A DNA stretch of 64,000 nucleotides from Planctomycetota bacterium (lineage in GTDB: Bacteria > Planctomycetota > B15-G4 > SIAN01): assembly GCA_031409275.1 (NCBI GenBank), contig JANNXA010000055.1:448001-512000 (forward strand), read 5' to 3'. Each line of letters opens with the position of its first letter. Within the stretch, counting starts at the first letter, position 1. The position numbers and the translations under genes were made by a program. The notes under the pieces are model-generated. The model had not been told where the DNA came from and made no database searches. It saw only the letters and a program-made list of their open reading frames with translations. Positions 9,711 to 20,596 of this stretch are shown one piece after another.

Positions 9711-11088
9711 GGCGCAGCGCCTCCAACGGAGTGAGCCGCGCGGCACGCGAGGCCGGAAGGAGCGTGAAGAGCGTACCGCACACGACCGACGCAACTGCGT
9801 AGCCGAGCAGGCGTCCGAACTCGATCTGGACCGGCAGGCTCTTGAAACTGAACAGCTGGCGATCGAACAGCCGGAAGCCGGTGCAGCGCTCGATGAGATC
9901 GAGCAGGGGATTGAGCCAGTGCGCGAGCGCGATGCCGCCGAACAATCCGAGCAGCGAGCCGGCGAACGTCACCATCAGTCCGCACAGCAGGAACAGGCGG
10001 CCCACATGCATCGCCGACGCGCCCAGTGAAAGGAGCACGCCGATGTCGCGCGTCTTGCGCCGGACCATCTGATGGAGCGTCACGAACAGGCTGAACGTCG
10101 CGACGATGACCACGAAGAACATCGCGATGTTCATCACGCGCCGCTCGCCGAGCACCGCGCCGAGAAGCAGGTGGCGGCGATCCTCCCACGTTTCGATCGT
10201 GGCGGGCACCACGCCGAGCGGCGCGAGGTCGACCCGCAACGCGTCTCTCACCGTCGCGGGGTCGCCGACGACCTCGAGCGCAAGCTCGTGGATCGCGACG
10301 GGCAACGCCGCGAAGTCGACGAGGCGATCGCGCGGCACGAGCGCGTGGGTGTCGTCGAATGCGCGATCGCGGCTCGAGAAGGTGCCCACCACGACGAACG
10401 GGCGGGTGCGCGGAATCAACCGTTCGCCCGCGCGCGGCGTGCCGGCAAGCGTCGCGATCTGGACGACGGTTCCCGGCCAGTACTGGAACTGCACGGCGAG
10501 GTAGCGGCCGAAGATGATCGGAGTCAGGTCTTCGGCGTCGAAGTTCCGGTAGTCGGCGGGCAGTCGCTCGCGCCAGTACGGGTCGGACGGGTCGAGCCAG
10601 AAGGGCTCTTCGGGACGCTCGACCGTGCTCGTCGCCAGGAAGCGCCGGATCTCCGGACCTGCCTCGGACCCAGTCGGCAATACGGTCGGAGCGAGCGACC
10701 CGCGCATGCCTTCGGCGAGCTCGGCCGACTCGATGCCGAGCAGGTTGACGAAGTAGCTCGACCCGATCCGATCGGCGCCGAGGAAGGCGGGCGCTCCTTC
10801 GGCGCGGTGCATCGCGGCGGCCTCGGCTCGCGGCTGCGCGGAACGGATGCGTGGGTCGTTACGCAGTCGCCCCAGGAGCTCGTCGGTGGTCTCGGCGGCG
10901 AGCGCATCGACCGTGATGGTGACGTCGGGAGAAAGGCCTCGAATCGTCGAACGCTGCTCGTTCAGGAAGCCGCTCATCACCGAGTCGACCACTACGATCG
11001 CGATCAATCCGACCGTCACGCTCAGCATCGAGACCAGCGTGATCGGCCGCGCGACGAGATAGCGCCACGAAAGGAGCAGCAGGTCCAT
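9703..11088 (-). CDS. LolC/E-family (FtsX/MacB-like) lipoprotein-releasing permease
   Basis: WRYL..; VVDSVMSGF; RKTRDIGVLLSLGAS; LPASRAARLTPLEALRHE; conserved lysS-lolCE-lolD order. Confidence 0.88.
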   Translation of the reverse strand: MDLLLLSWRYLVARPITLVSMLSVTVGLIAIVVVDSVMSGFLNEQRSTIRGLSPDVTITVDALAAETTDELLGRLRNDPRIRSAQPRAEAAAMHRAEGAPAFLGADRIGSSYFVNLLGIESAELAEGMRGSLAPTVLPTGSEAGPEIRRFLATSTVERPEEPFWLDPSDPYWRERLPADYRNFDAEDLTPIIFGRYLAVQFQYWPGTVVQIATLAGTPRAGERLIPRTRPFVVVGTFSSRDRAFDDTHALVPRDRLVDFAALPVAIHELALEVVGDPATVRDALRVDLAPLGVVPATIETWEDRRHLLLGAVLGERRVMNIAMFFVVIVATFSLFVTLHQMVRRKTRDIGVLLSLGASAMHVGRLFLLCGLMVTFAGSLLGLFGGIALAHWLNPLLDLIERCTGFRLFDRQLFSFKSLPVQIEFGRLLGYAVASVVCGTLFTLLPASRAARLTPLEALRHE

Positions 11089-11094
11089 CGCGGC

Positions 11095-12624
11095 TCAGCC
11101 GGCCGTCGGCGGCGGAGTGCCGGCGGCGGGTGACGCGTCGCTCACCACCGAATCGGCTGCCAGCGGTCGGCGCAGCGGGAAGAGGATCGTGTCGCGAATC
11201 GACAAGAATCCCCCGAGCACCATGCAGAGTCGGTCGATACCGACACCGAGTCCGCCGGCGGGCGGCATGCCGTGCTCGAGCGCGTGCAGATAGTCCTCGT
11301 CGACGGCGGCGGGAGCCTCGGGATCCTTCGTCGCGACTTGCGCCTCGAAGCGCGCGCGCTGGTCGATCGGGTCGTTCAGCTCGGAGAAGGCGTTGGCGAG
11401 TTCCCAACCATTCATGAAGAGCTCGAAGCGCTCGACGAGCTCGGGGCGATCGGGACACTGCTTGCTGAGCGGCGAGATCGCCGTCGGATAGAGCGTGACG
11501 AAGGTCGGCTGGATGAGGTTCGGCTCGACGCAATGCTCGAACAGCGCCTCGAGGTGCTTCCAGCCCGGCGCGGTCGCCGGCACGGGCAACTTGAGTGCGG
11601 CGGACTTCTTGCGCAAGGCCGCTTCGTCGTGCGGGTCGATTCCGGCGTGCTCCGCGACGAGCTCGTGATAGCTGCGGCGCGCGAACGGACCATTCAAGTC
11701 GATGACGCGCTCGCCGAGCGTGGTCTTGCCGTCCTTGCAGTGACGCTTCGCGAGTGTCGTGAAGAGTTCCTCGGTCAGATCCATCACCGCCACGTAGTCC
11801 ACGTAGGCCCAGTAGAGCTCCATCATCGTGAATTCGGGGTTGTGACGCGGCGAGATGCCTTCGTTGCGGAAGACCCGGCCGATCTCGAAGACCTTCTCGA
11901 GTCCGCCGACGAGCAGGCGCTTCAGGTAGAGCTCGGGCGCGATGCGCAGGTAGAGGTCCATGTCGAGCGCGTTGTGGTGCGTCGTGAATGGTCGCGCAGC
12001 AGCACCGCCAGCGATCGGATGGAGGATCGGCGTCTCGACTTCGAGGAAGCCCTTGGCCGCGAGCAACTGGCGCAGTTCCTGGATCACGTGGCTTCGCATG
12101 ATGAAGCCGGCGCGCGACTCGGGATGACTCATCAGGTCGAGGTAGCGGTAGCGATAGCGCAGTTCGATGTCGGTGATGCCGTGGCGCTTCTCGGGCGGCT
12201 CGCGCAACGACTTGGCGAGGAACTCGACGCTGGTCGCGAAGACGGTCGTCTCGCCGGTTTTGCTGCGGCCGAGCGTGCCGCCGAAACCGACCACATCGCC
12301 GAGTTGAAGGATCTTCTTCGCAATCGCATGGCCGATCTCGCCGACATCCTTGCGCACCATGACCTGGACGCGGCCGCTCGGATCGACGAGATCGAAGAAG
12401 GCGAGCTGCCCCATATCGCGCCGCGCGGCGATTCGACCGGCGACGCGGACCGCCAGATTCGGCTGCTCGTCCGCGCGGGGCAGGAGCGGCGCGATCTCCA
12501 TCCGGCCAGCGAACTGCCGCGGCCAGATCTCCACGCCGAGTTGGCGGAGTTGCTCGAGCTTCTCGAGCCGTTCCTGAGATACGTCGCTCACCCGTCCGTC
12601 TCCGTTGGGGCCCTCGGAATCCAA
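11095..12624 (-). CDS. lysS: Lysine--tRNA ligase (class II)
   Basis: RYRYLDL, GGAAARPFTTHHNALD, LRIAPELYLKRL, FRNEG..RHNPEFT, ELANAFSELNDP, GMPPAGGLGVGIDRL. Start may be GTG 12591. Confidence 0.97.
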   Translation of the reverse strand: MDSEGPNGDGRVSDVSQERLEKLEQLRQLGVEIWPRQFAGRMEIAPLLPRADEQPNLAVRVAGRIAARRDMGQLAFFDLVDPSGRVQVMVRKDVGEIGHAIAKKILQLGDVVGFGGTLGRSKTGETTVFATSVEFLAKSLREPPEKRHGITDIELRYRYRYLDLMSHPESRAGFIMRSHVIQELRQLLAAKGFLEVETPILHPIAGGAAARPFTTHHNALDMDLYLRIAPELYLKRLLVGGLEKVFEIGRVFRNEGISPRHNPEFTMMELYWAYVDYVAVMDLTEELFTTLAKRHCKDGKTTLGERVIDLNGPFARRSYHELVAEHAGIDPHDEAALRKKSAALKLPVPATAPGWKHLEALFEHCVEPNLIQPTFVTLYPTAISPLSKQCPDRPELVERFELFMNGWELANAFSELNDPIDQRARFEAQVATKDPEAPAAVDEDYLHALEHGMPPAGGLGVGIDRLCMVLGGFLSIRDTILFPLRRPLAADSVVSDASPAAGTPPPTAG

Positions 12625-12969
12625 AGAGCGGTCCGGGCCATGAGGGGCGGGGAGTCTATCGCTCCGCGACCGCGTTCCCGGCGTGCCGCCGGGGAGGCGG
12701 CGCTCCGGAGAGCGACCGCAGGGGGGGCGCCGACGCCGACTTCAGGAAGTCGTTTCTTGTCCGTCCCGGGGCGGTCGCGGCTCTACGAACCTTGCACGAA
12801 CGTGAATCATGGGTTAGTACTCCTACCCAAGGAAAGAAGAGGGAGGAAAAACCTAGGTAAGAGACTGTGACGGTGGAGCCCCCGCTCCGTTGTAGCTGTC
12901 ACCCCGTCTTGCCACGCTGCGACTGACGTCGCGGTGGTCCGCGCAGCACGCCCTGCCAGGGAGCCCAAC

Positions 12970-13389
12970 ATGCGTTTCGCCTCTTCGCTCGTTCGCGGTA
13001 TCGCCATCGCCGCGCTCGCCGCGGGCGTGTCGTGCACACGCCAGGGCCATGCCCTGAACCTCGCTGGGATCGACGGCCCGCCGATTGGCGGCGGTGATGA
13101 CGGCGGCTCCGGTCCCCTTCCGGGCGGTGGTGGCGGAGGTGGCGGAGGGATCATTGAAGACACCGACGGTGGCGGAGTGACGCCAGACGATGACGGTGGC
13201 CCCGCGATCGACCCCGGCCTAGGTGGCGGCAGCGGCGGCGGCCCGACCCCTCCTGGTGGTGGCGGTGGTGGTGGCGGCCTCGGCCCGAACGACGGCAACG
13301 ACGCCCCCGTCCCGGAGCCGGCCACGATGCTGCTGCTCGGTGGCGGTCTTGCCGCGGCGTTCGCCGCCCGCCGCAAGCGCGCTCGCTGA
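12970..13389 (+). CDS. Small Gly/Pro/Asp-rich PEP-CTERM protein
   Basis: N-terminal signal peptide; C-terminal VPEPATMLLLGGGLAAAFAARRKRAR (PEP motif + TM + basic tail). Confidence 0.88.
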   Translation: MRFASSLVRGIAIAALAAGVSCTRQGHALNLAGIDGPPIGGGDDGGSGPLPGGGGGGGGGIIEDTDGGGVTPDDDGGPAIDPGLGGGSGGGPTPPGGGGGGGGLGPNDGNDAPVPEPATMLLLGGGLAAAFAARRKRAR

Positions 13390-13395
13390 CCTTTC

Positions 13396-13414
13396 GCGTC
13401 GCCTCCGGCGACGC
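13396..13414 (+). terminator. Hairpin just after the PEP-CTERM gene (possible terminator)
   Basis: gcgtcgcc-tcc-ggcgacgc perfect 8-bp stem; U-tract is weak. Confidence 0.4.
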
Positions 13415-13505
13415 CGTTCAACGAAACGCAACGATCTTCACGCTGCCGCGCGAGAGTGATGCTCGCGCGGCAGCGGCATTGTCGGAATGCACGGCGCCGC
13501 GTTGC

Positions 13506-13533
13506 TTGCAACGACCCGCTTCGCTCCTAAGAT
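13506..13533 (+). promoter_or_regulatory. Sigma70-like promoter for tig-clpP-clpX
   Basis: TTGCAA-N16-TAAGAT followed by a GC-rich discriminator. Confidence 0.55.
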
Positions 13534-13579
13534 CGCGCCCTCTTTTCGTAACCCCGTGCAACGGAGCGACTTGGAGCAC

Positions 13580-14896
13580 ATGGCTTTCGAGGTCGAAAAC
13601 CAGAGCGAGACGCAGGCCACCGTCCGGATCCGCGTCTCCAAAGAGATGTTCGACCTTGCGCTGGAGCGCGAGATCGGTGACCTCCGTCAGCGGGCACGGG
13701 TGCCGGGCTTTCGTCCGGGAAAGGTGCCGAAGAGCGTCCTGACCCGGCGAATCGGCGAATCCGTGAGCAAGGAGCTGCGACGCAAGCTCTTTGTCGAGGC
13801 CTTCCAGACCGGGATCCGCGAGAAGCAGATTCACCCGGTCGAGCCTCCGATCGTGAAGGATGAGCAGCTCGTCCCGACGACGGACGGCTCGATGGCGATC
13901 GAGTTGCAGCTCGAGGTGATCCCCCACGTCGAGCCGACCGGCTTCGACCGCTTTGTCGTCACGCCTCCTCCGATCGAGATGAAGGACGAGGACGTCGACC
14001 ACGAGCTCGAGGGGCTGCGGCGCCAAGCCGCCAACGCGGCGGAGATTGCGGACGGCCAGACGGTCGCTGGCGACGTCGTGATCGCCGATCTCAGCCTGTC
14101 CTTCCTCGACGGCACGTCGTTCCCGAACAAGCTCGAGAATCGAATCGTCGACACGGGCGCCGGCATCGTCGATGGGGTTGCCTGCGAGGACGCCAAGAGC
14201 AAGTTCGCCGGCGCCAAGCGCGGCGACACCGTGCGCGTATCGATGAAGCTGCCGGAGCAGTTTCCGGTCGAGATCCATCGCGGCAAGACGGCCATCACCG
14301 ATTGCGTCGTGAAGGATCTGCGCCGCGTCGCTCTGCCCGAGCTGAGTTCGCCTGAGTTCCTCGCACGCTTCAAGGTGCCGGACCTCGACACGTTGAAGCA
14401 GCAGGTGCGTGAGCGGCTTCAGCAGATCCTCAAGGCGCAGCAGGATCGCGCCGTCGAAGAGCTGTGCGTCGACCAGCTGCTCGACCGCCACCGCATCGTC
14501 CTTCCGGACGCGTTCCTGCAGCGCAACCTCGAAGCGGAGCGTGAGCGCGTCCGCCGCGAGATGGTGAATCGCGGTGCGCCCCCCGCGGACGTCGAGAAGC
14601 AGCTGCTCGAGAATGAAGGACGCCTCAAGCAGGACGTCGAGCGACGGATCCGCGAGGCGTTCCTGCTCGACCGAATCGCCGAGAAGCTGGAAACCGAGGT
14701 TGGCGCGCCCGAACTCGAGAACCAGTTCATGCTGATGGCCCGTTCGTGGCAGGTCGAGCCGCAGAAGCTCTTCGACCACTTCCAGTCGCAGGGGCTGCTC
14801 CCCCGGGTGGTGGAAGACATCCGCCGCGCCAAGGTGCGTCGACAGTTAAGGGAAGCGGCAGCCGCAACCGAGAGTGACGCTCAGAAGTCGGCCTGA
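13580..14896 (+). CDS. tig: Trigger factor
   Basis: Ribosome-binding signature VPGFRPGKVP; FKBP-like middle; upstream of clpP-clpX; SD ggag before ATG 13580. Confidence 0.93.
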   Translation: MAFEVENQSETQATVRIRVSKEMFDLALEREIGDLRQRARVPGFRPGKVPKSVLTRRIGESVSKELRRKLFVEAFQTGIREKQIHPVEPPIVKDEQLVPTTDGSMAIELQLEVIPHVEPTGFDRFVVTPPPIEMKDEDVDHELEGLRRQAANAAEIADGQTVAGDVVIADLSLSFLDGTSFPNKLENRIVDTGAGIVDGVACEDAKSKFAGAKRGDTVRVSMKLPEQFPVEIHRGKTAITDCVVKDLRRVALPELSSPEFLARFKVPDLDTLKQQVRERLQQILKAQQDRAVEELCVDQLLDRHRIVLPDAFLQRNLEAERERVRREMVNRGAPPADVEKQLLENEGRLKQDVERRIREAFLLDRIAEKLETEVGAPELENQFMLMARSWQVEPQKLFDHFQSQGLLPRVVEDIRRAKVRRQLREAAAATESDAQKSA

Positions 14897-14914
14897 ACCC
14901 AACGGAGAACGACC

Positions 14915-15550
14915 GTGAGCTCGCCTCAGCTCGAGATCATCCCGAACCCGCCGTACGTCATCGAGAAGACCGGACGTGGCGAACGCGCGTACGACATCTA
15001 CTCGCGCCTGCTCGAGGACCGGATCATCTTCCTCGGCTCCTCGATCAACGACTACGTCGCCAACGCGGTGGTGGCCCAGCTCCTGTTCCTCCAGAAGGAG
15101 AACAAGAAGCAGGACATCCACATGTACATCAATAGCCCGGGCGGCTCGGTCACCGCCGGCCTCGCGATCTATGACACCATGCAGTTCGTCGAGTGCCCGA
15201 TCTCGACCTGGTGCATCGGTCAAGCAGCGAGCATGGGCGCAGTGCTGCTCGCCGCCGGAACCAAGGGCAAGCGCTACAGCCTCCCCCACTCGCGCATCAT
15301 GATCCATCAGCCGTGGGGCGGCGCGCGCGGAACGGCCGAGGACATCCACATCCAGGCGCGTGAGATCAAGACGCTGAAGAAGACGCTCACCGCAGTGCTG
15401 GCGCGCCACACGGGCCAGACGGCCGAGCGCATCGATGCCGATGGCGACCGCGACCACTTCATGTCAGGCGCGGAGGCGAAGGCCTACGGCCTCGTCGACG
15501 AAGTGATCGAGCCCACCGAACCGGCCGTGGTCGAGACCAAGAAGAAGTAA
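14915..15550 (+). CDS. clpP: ATP-dependent Clp protease proteolytic subunit
   Basis: [49 protein letters not shown]. Confidence 0.97.
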   Translation: MSSPQLEIIPNPPYVIEKTGRGERAYDIYSRLLEDRIIFLGSSINDYVANAVVAQLLFLQKENKKQDIHMYINSPGGSVTAGLAIYDTMQFVECPISTWCIGQAASMGAVLLAAGTKGKRYSLPHSRIMIHQPWGGARGTAEDIHIQAREIKTLKKTLTAVLARHTGQTAERIDADGDRDHFMSGAEAKAYGLVDEVIEPTEPAVVETKKK

Positions 15551-15620
15551 CAGCGGCAGCCGGAACGCGGGACCGAAGCGTGACGCTTCTCCCGCTCCGG
15601 TGCACGCCAGGAGAGGCCGG

Positions 15621-16955
<1,335 letters not shown>

Positions 16956-16982
16956 GTCGCGCCGCCGCCAGGACGGTTTCCG

Positions 16983-18047
16983 ATGGCCTCGCAGCAAGCG
17001 CTCACCGATCTCGCTCTCGACGCATTCGAGCCGCTCGCGGCCGAACTCGGCGAGCCGCGCTTCGCCGGCAAGAACCTGCGTCGCTGGGTGTTCGAGCGCC
17101 ACGCCACGACCTTCGATGCGATGAGCGATCTCTCGAAGCGCTTCCGCAGCGAACTCGCGCAACGCTTCAGCGTGCGCCGCACCGTCATCGCGACCGATCG
17201 TTGCGACCCCGGCGGCACGCGCGCGTTCGTGCTGCGCCTGAACGACCGCAAGACGATCGAAACCGTGCTGATCCCGGAGGAGGAGCGACGGACGGTCTGC
17301 GTCTCGACCCAGGTCGGCTGCCCGGTGGCGTGCGTCTTCTGCGCGTCTGGGCTCGACGGGCTGATCCGCAACCTGACCCCGGGCGAGATCATCGAGCAGG
17401 TGCTCGTCGTCCAGGAGGCGCTCCCGGTCGGTGAACATGTCTCCAACGTCGTCGTGATGGGGATCGGCGAGCCGACCATGAACCTGCCGGCGCTCGAACA
17501 AGCGCTGACGACCTGGAACGACCCGGCTGGACTAGGACTCGGCGCGCGCCGCATCACGATCTCGACGGTCGGCTACCCGGCGCGCATCGATCGCCTTGCG
17601 GCGTTGCGCAAGGAGTACGGGCTCGCCATCTCGCTCCATGCACCGCGTCAGGAGCTTCGCGCCAAGCTGCTCCCGAACGCGGGACAAGTGCCGCTGCCCG
17701 AGCTGCTCGCGGCGACGCGCCGCTATTTCGACGCGACCGGGCGGCGCGTGACGTTCGAGTACGTGCTGCTCGCGGGCATCAACGCCAGCGAGCGCGAAGC
17801 CCACGAGCTCGCCGCCCTGCTGCGCGGCTTCCCGTGCCACGTGAACCTGATCCCGGTCAATCCCGTCGACGGACTGCCCTATCGCCGACCGGCACCGGAC
17901 GAGACGGACCGCTTCAAGGCGATCCTGCTGCGTGCCGGCCTCGACGCCACGGTCCGCCACCCGCGAGGCGACGGGATCGCCGCCGCCTGCGGTCAGCTCC
18001 GGCTCAAGGTCGAAGCCGAGGAACGCGCTACCACGCGCCCAGCGTGA
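16983..18047 (+). CDS. rlmN: 23S rRNA (A2503-C2)/tRNA methyltransferase RlmN (radical SAM)
   Basis: CVSTQVGCPVACVFCASG, MGIGEP, ISLHAP, FEYVLL, VNLIP, IAAACGQL. Confidence 0.95.
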   Translation: MASQQALTDLALDAFEPLAAELGEPRFAGKNLRRWVFERHATTFDAMSDLSKRFRSELAQRFSVRRTVIATDRCDPGGTRAFVLRLNDRKTIETVLIPEEERRTVCVSTQVGCPVACVFCASGLDGLIRNLTPGEIIEQVLVVQEALPVGEHVSNVVVMGIGEPTMNLPALEQALTTWNDPAGLGLGARRITISTVGYPARIDRLAALRKEYGLAISLHAPRQELRAKLLPNAGQVPLPELLAATRRYFDATGRRVTFEYVLLAGINASEREAHELAALLRGFPCHVNLIPVNPVDGLPYRRPAPDETDRFKAILLRAGLDATVRHPRGDGIAAACGQLRLKVEAEERATTRPA

Positions 18048-19227
18048 GCGTCATCTCGCGACGCTCGAGTCGACGCACCACGTCGAGTCGGATCGTCTCG
18101 CCAGGAACACTGCTCGCCAGGTGACCCAGCATCGTGTCGACCGATCCGATCGGCGCACCGTTCCAGGCCAGCACGACATCGTGCGGCTCGAGTCCGGCCA
18201 GCAGCGCGGGGCTGCCCTCGAATACGTGCTGCACGACGATCGCGCCGCTCGCGCCAAGTTGCCCCAGGAACTCGCTTTCGCCCAGATCCATCGCCCCGAA
18301 GCCGAGCCACGCGCGCGGCGCGATGGCCGGTGCAAGCGGCTCGAGGCGAACCTCGGTTCCTTCCGCATTCTTGCGCGCCACCGCGTCGATGCCGCGTCGC
18401 AGCGCCGCCGCCGGCAACGCAAGGAGGGGCTGCGTGGCTCCCGTGGTGAACTCGCCCGTCGGCGGCTGCAGGAGCAGACCGACGACGCTGCCATCCTGTT
18501 GCGCGATCACGCCGCCGCCGCCCGTCGGCGATCGCGCGAGGGTCACCCGCAAGAGCTGGTCGAAGCGGCGGCGGCCAAGCACCTGATCCTGCAAAGGCTC
18601 GTGCAGCCAGCCCAGCGAGAATGCTCCCGGTTCGCCATCGGCGGCGGCGCCAAAGAGCGTCACGACGTAACGCGCTTCGCCATCGCCTGGCGCCGCGTCG
18701 GCCGCGGGCTCGCGCAAGAACGCGGGCTCGCCGGCCACGGTCAGCGACGGCAAGTCGACCGGGCCGATCGACAAGAGTCCGACATCGGTCGCTTCGTCGA
18801 TCCCAACGACGCGCGCGCGGCGCGGCCGCAACGACGGTGCATTGCGGAAGTAGACGGCGATTCGGCCGGCGTGCTCGATCGACGAGCCGATGGTGACGAT
18901 GTCCCCCGCTTGATTCAGCACGAGACCGCTGGCTTCGAGCGCGTAGACCATGCCGTCGCCCACGCGCCGCTCGATCGACAGCGAGACGACGTTGCCGCCG
19001 AGCTTCTCGGCGCTTCCTGCCAAGCGGCGTCGCACCTCGAGCTTGCGCCCGCCTTCCAGCACGGCGGGCCGCTCGATCCGAAGTTCGATCCCGGACCGCA
19101 CTTGCGTCGGCGGCACCGGCGCGACCGCGGGAGGCGGTGCCGAGTCCGATTGCGGCGCAGCCGGCGCGACGGCTTCGATCGCTGCCAGCAGCCACATCGA
19201 CAGAAGAGAGATCCGGCGCCCGACCAT
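18028..19227 (-). CDS. HtrA/DegP-like trypsin-fold + PDZ protein, catalytic His and Ser apparently lost
   Basis: ASGLVL..GDIVTIGSS (vs GSG..ILTNxHV), ARVVGIDEATDVGLL, SPTGGGGV (vs NPGNSGGP); PDZ WLGF..VFEGSPA..AGL..HDVV. Confidence 0.8.
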   Translation of the reverse strand: MVGRRISLLSMWLLAAIEAVAPAAPQSDSAPPPAVAPVPPTQVRSGIELRIERPAVLEGGRKLEVRRRLAGSAEKLGGNVVSLSIERRVGDGMVYALEASGLVLNQAGDIVTIGSSIEHAGRIAVYFRNAPSLRPRRARVVGIDEATDVGLLSIGPVDLPSLTVAGEPAFLREPAADAAPGDGEARYVVTLFGAAADGEPGAFSLGWLHEPLQDQVLGRRRFDQLLRVTLARSPTGGGGVIAQQDGSVVGLLLQPPTGEFTTGATQPLLALPAAALRRGIDAVARKNAEGTEVRLEPLAPAIAPRAWLGFGAMDLGESEFLGQLGASGAIVVQHVFEGSPALLAGLEPHDVVLAWNGAPIGSVDTMLGHLASSVPGETIRLDVVRRLERREMTLTLGAW

Positions 19228-19249
19228 GGTCACGATCCCCCGCGCGAAG

Positions 19250-19795
19250 TCAGAAGTTCCGCGAACGCGGGTTGCGGCGCGTCGACGGCGTGATCGCACC
19301 GCCTCGTCCGGCCCCGTTCGGCAGCTCATCGAGCTGGCGTCCGAGTTCGTCGCCGATGGTCCGGATCAGCGACGAATCGATGTTGGGCTGGCTCTCGACG
19401 ATGCGAGGCGAAGAACGCTCGGGACGCGGGGCCGGATCGCGCCAGGCGCCGAGCCCCAGCGTGACCGCGAGCAGCACCGCGGCCGCCCAGCCGCTCACCA
19501 AGGTGAGTCGCGGCATCCAGCGCACCGCGGGAGGTGGCGGCCCGTCGATCGCCCCCATCACGCCGGCCACGATCGACTCGCCCATCGATTCGCTGCGCAA
19601 CTCTCGGCGCGACGAGGCACGCACGGTGCCGAGCACTTCGCGCAGCTCGCTCCATTCGCGAAAGCACGCCAGGCAGCCGCGCAGATGGGCATCGACCCGC
19701 GCGCCTTCGCGAGCATCGAGGTCGCCACCGGCGTGGAGGTCGAGGAGAGGATGGATCTTTCGGCAGTCCATGGTTCGCGGTTCTCTTGCAGCCAT
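19250..19795 (-). CDS. Zinc-binding (zf-HC2/ZAS) transmembrane anti-sigma factor
   Basis: DC..HLRGCLAC (HxxxCxxC) followed by one TM helix. ATG 19795 overlaps the sigma stop; alternative start 19771. Confidence 0.85.
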   Translation of the reverse strand: MAAREPRTMDCRKIHPLLDLHAGGDLDAREGARVDAHLRGCLACFREWSELREVLGTVRASSRRELRSESMGESIVAGVMGAIDGPPPPAVRWMPRLTLVSGWAAAVLLAVTLGLGAWRDPAPRPERSSPRIVESQPNIDSSLIRTIGDELGRQLDELPNGAGRGGAITPSTRRNPRSRNF

Positions 19796-20451
19796 CACGG
19801 TTGGGGGGCTTGATCGGACGAGTCCTGCGGGGCTCCGTTCGCCTTCGCGTCGTGATGCGCCAGGCGATCGAGGCGATCCCACTGCTCCTTGAACATGCGC
19901 CGCGCGACGTGCAATCGCCAACGCACGGTGGCGTGGGTCGAACGCACGATCGTCGCGATCTCCTTGCACGAAAGCTCATCGAGCTCGCGCAGGGTCATCA
20001 CCGTTCGATACTTCTCGGGAAGCCTCGCGAGCACGTCGCGGACGCGCGCGACCGTCTCCTGCGATTCCATGCGATCGCCGGGTCCGGTCGTCGGCCCGTC
20101 CGGTTGCGCAAGGCTTCCCGCCACGTCGTCGAGCGCCACCGGCTTCATGCGCGAACGCTTTCGCATCGCGTCGATCGCGAGGTTGACGACGATGCGGTAG
20201 AGCCACGTGTAGAAGCTCATCCCGAAGTCGAAGCGAGCGAGCGCCTTGTACGCGCGCAGGAAACCGTCCTGCACCACGTCGCGTGCCTCCTCGGCATCGC
20301 CGAGCAGGTGGTAGGCCGCCCACCAGGCGCGCTCCTCGTAGCGGCGGACGAGCCCCTCGAACGCCTGACCGTCCCCGGCGAGCGTTCGCTCGACGAGCAC
20401 GTTGTCAGCAGCGTCCGGAGTGCCGCTGCCCTCCGCGCGCAGATTTCGCAT
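19795..20451 (-). CDS. ECF RNA polymerase sigma factor
   Basis: GDGQAFEGLVRRY, DVVQDGFLRAY, FYTWLYRIVVN, LPEKYRTV..LSCKEIA..TVRWRLHVAR. Start uncertain (20451/20481). Confidence 0.93.
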   Translation of the reverse strand: MRNLRAEGSGTPDAADNVLVERTLAGDGQAFEGLVRRYEERAWWAAYHLLGDAEEARDVVQDGFLRAYKALARFDFGMSFYTWLYRIVVNLAIDAMRKRSRMKPVALDDVAGSLAQPDGPTTGPGDRMESQETVARVRDVLARLPEKYRTVMTLRELDELSCKEIATIVRSTHATVRWRLHVARRMFKEQWDRLDRLAHHDAKANGAPQDSSDQAPQP

Positions 20452-20542
20452 CGAAGCGAAGGCTCCCGCTCTGGCGCTCATCGACCCCAAGGCTCCCGGC
20501 CGCGTCCCCGTTGGCCCCCGCGGCCATCGTGGACTCCTTCTC

Positions 20543-20566
20543 TACGACTTGCTCGGGGAGACGTTG
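20543..20566 (-). promoter_or_regulatory. Candidate ECF-type (autoregulatory) promoter
   Basis: Minus strand CAAC-N16-CGTA, matching the generic ECF AAC..CGT consensus, upstream of the ECF gene. Confidence 0.45.
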
Positions 20567-20596
20567 GCCCGGAGTTTCGCCGTGACGCGCGCTCCC

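Noticed and set aside
8964..11088. LolD/LolCE ABC transporter as the missing ABC component of the 40-50 kb secretion cluster
   Set aside because: It has lipoprotein-release family motifs and conserved lysS linkage, lies 30 kb away, and is not an HlyB-type exporter.
12790..12900. c-di-GMP or lysine riboswitch, or sigma54 promoter, in the lysS/PEP-CTERM spacer
   Set aside because: Consensus elements (GEMM GGCAAACC/GCAAA, GG-N10-GC) could not be matched by eye.
20405..20540. Strong SD (aaggag) plus ATG at 20527 on the minus strand, giving a 40-aa ORF overlapping the ECF sigma start out of frame (uORF or frameshift)
   Set aside because: The peptide is featureless and the candidate ECF promoter would start transcription within this SD. 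It cannot be distinguished from chance or an indel error without reads.
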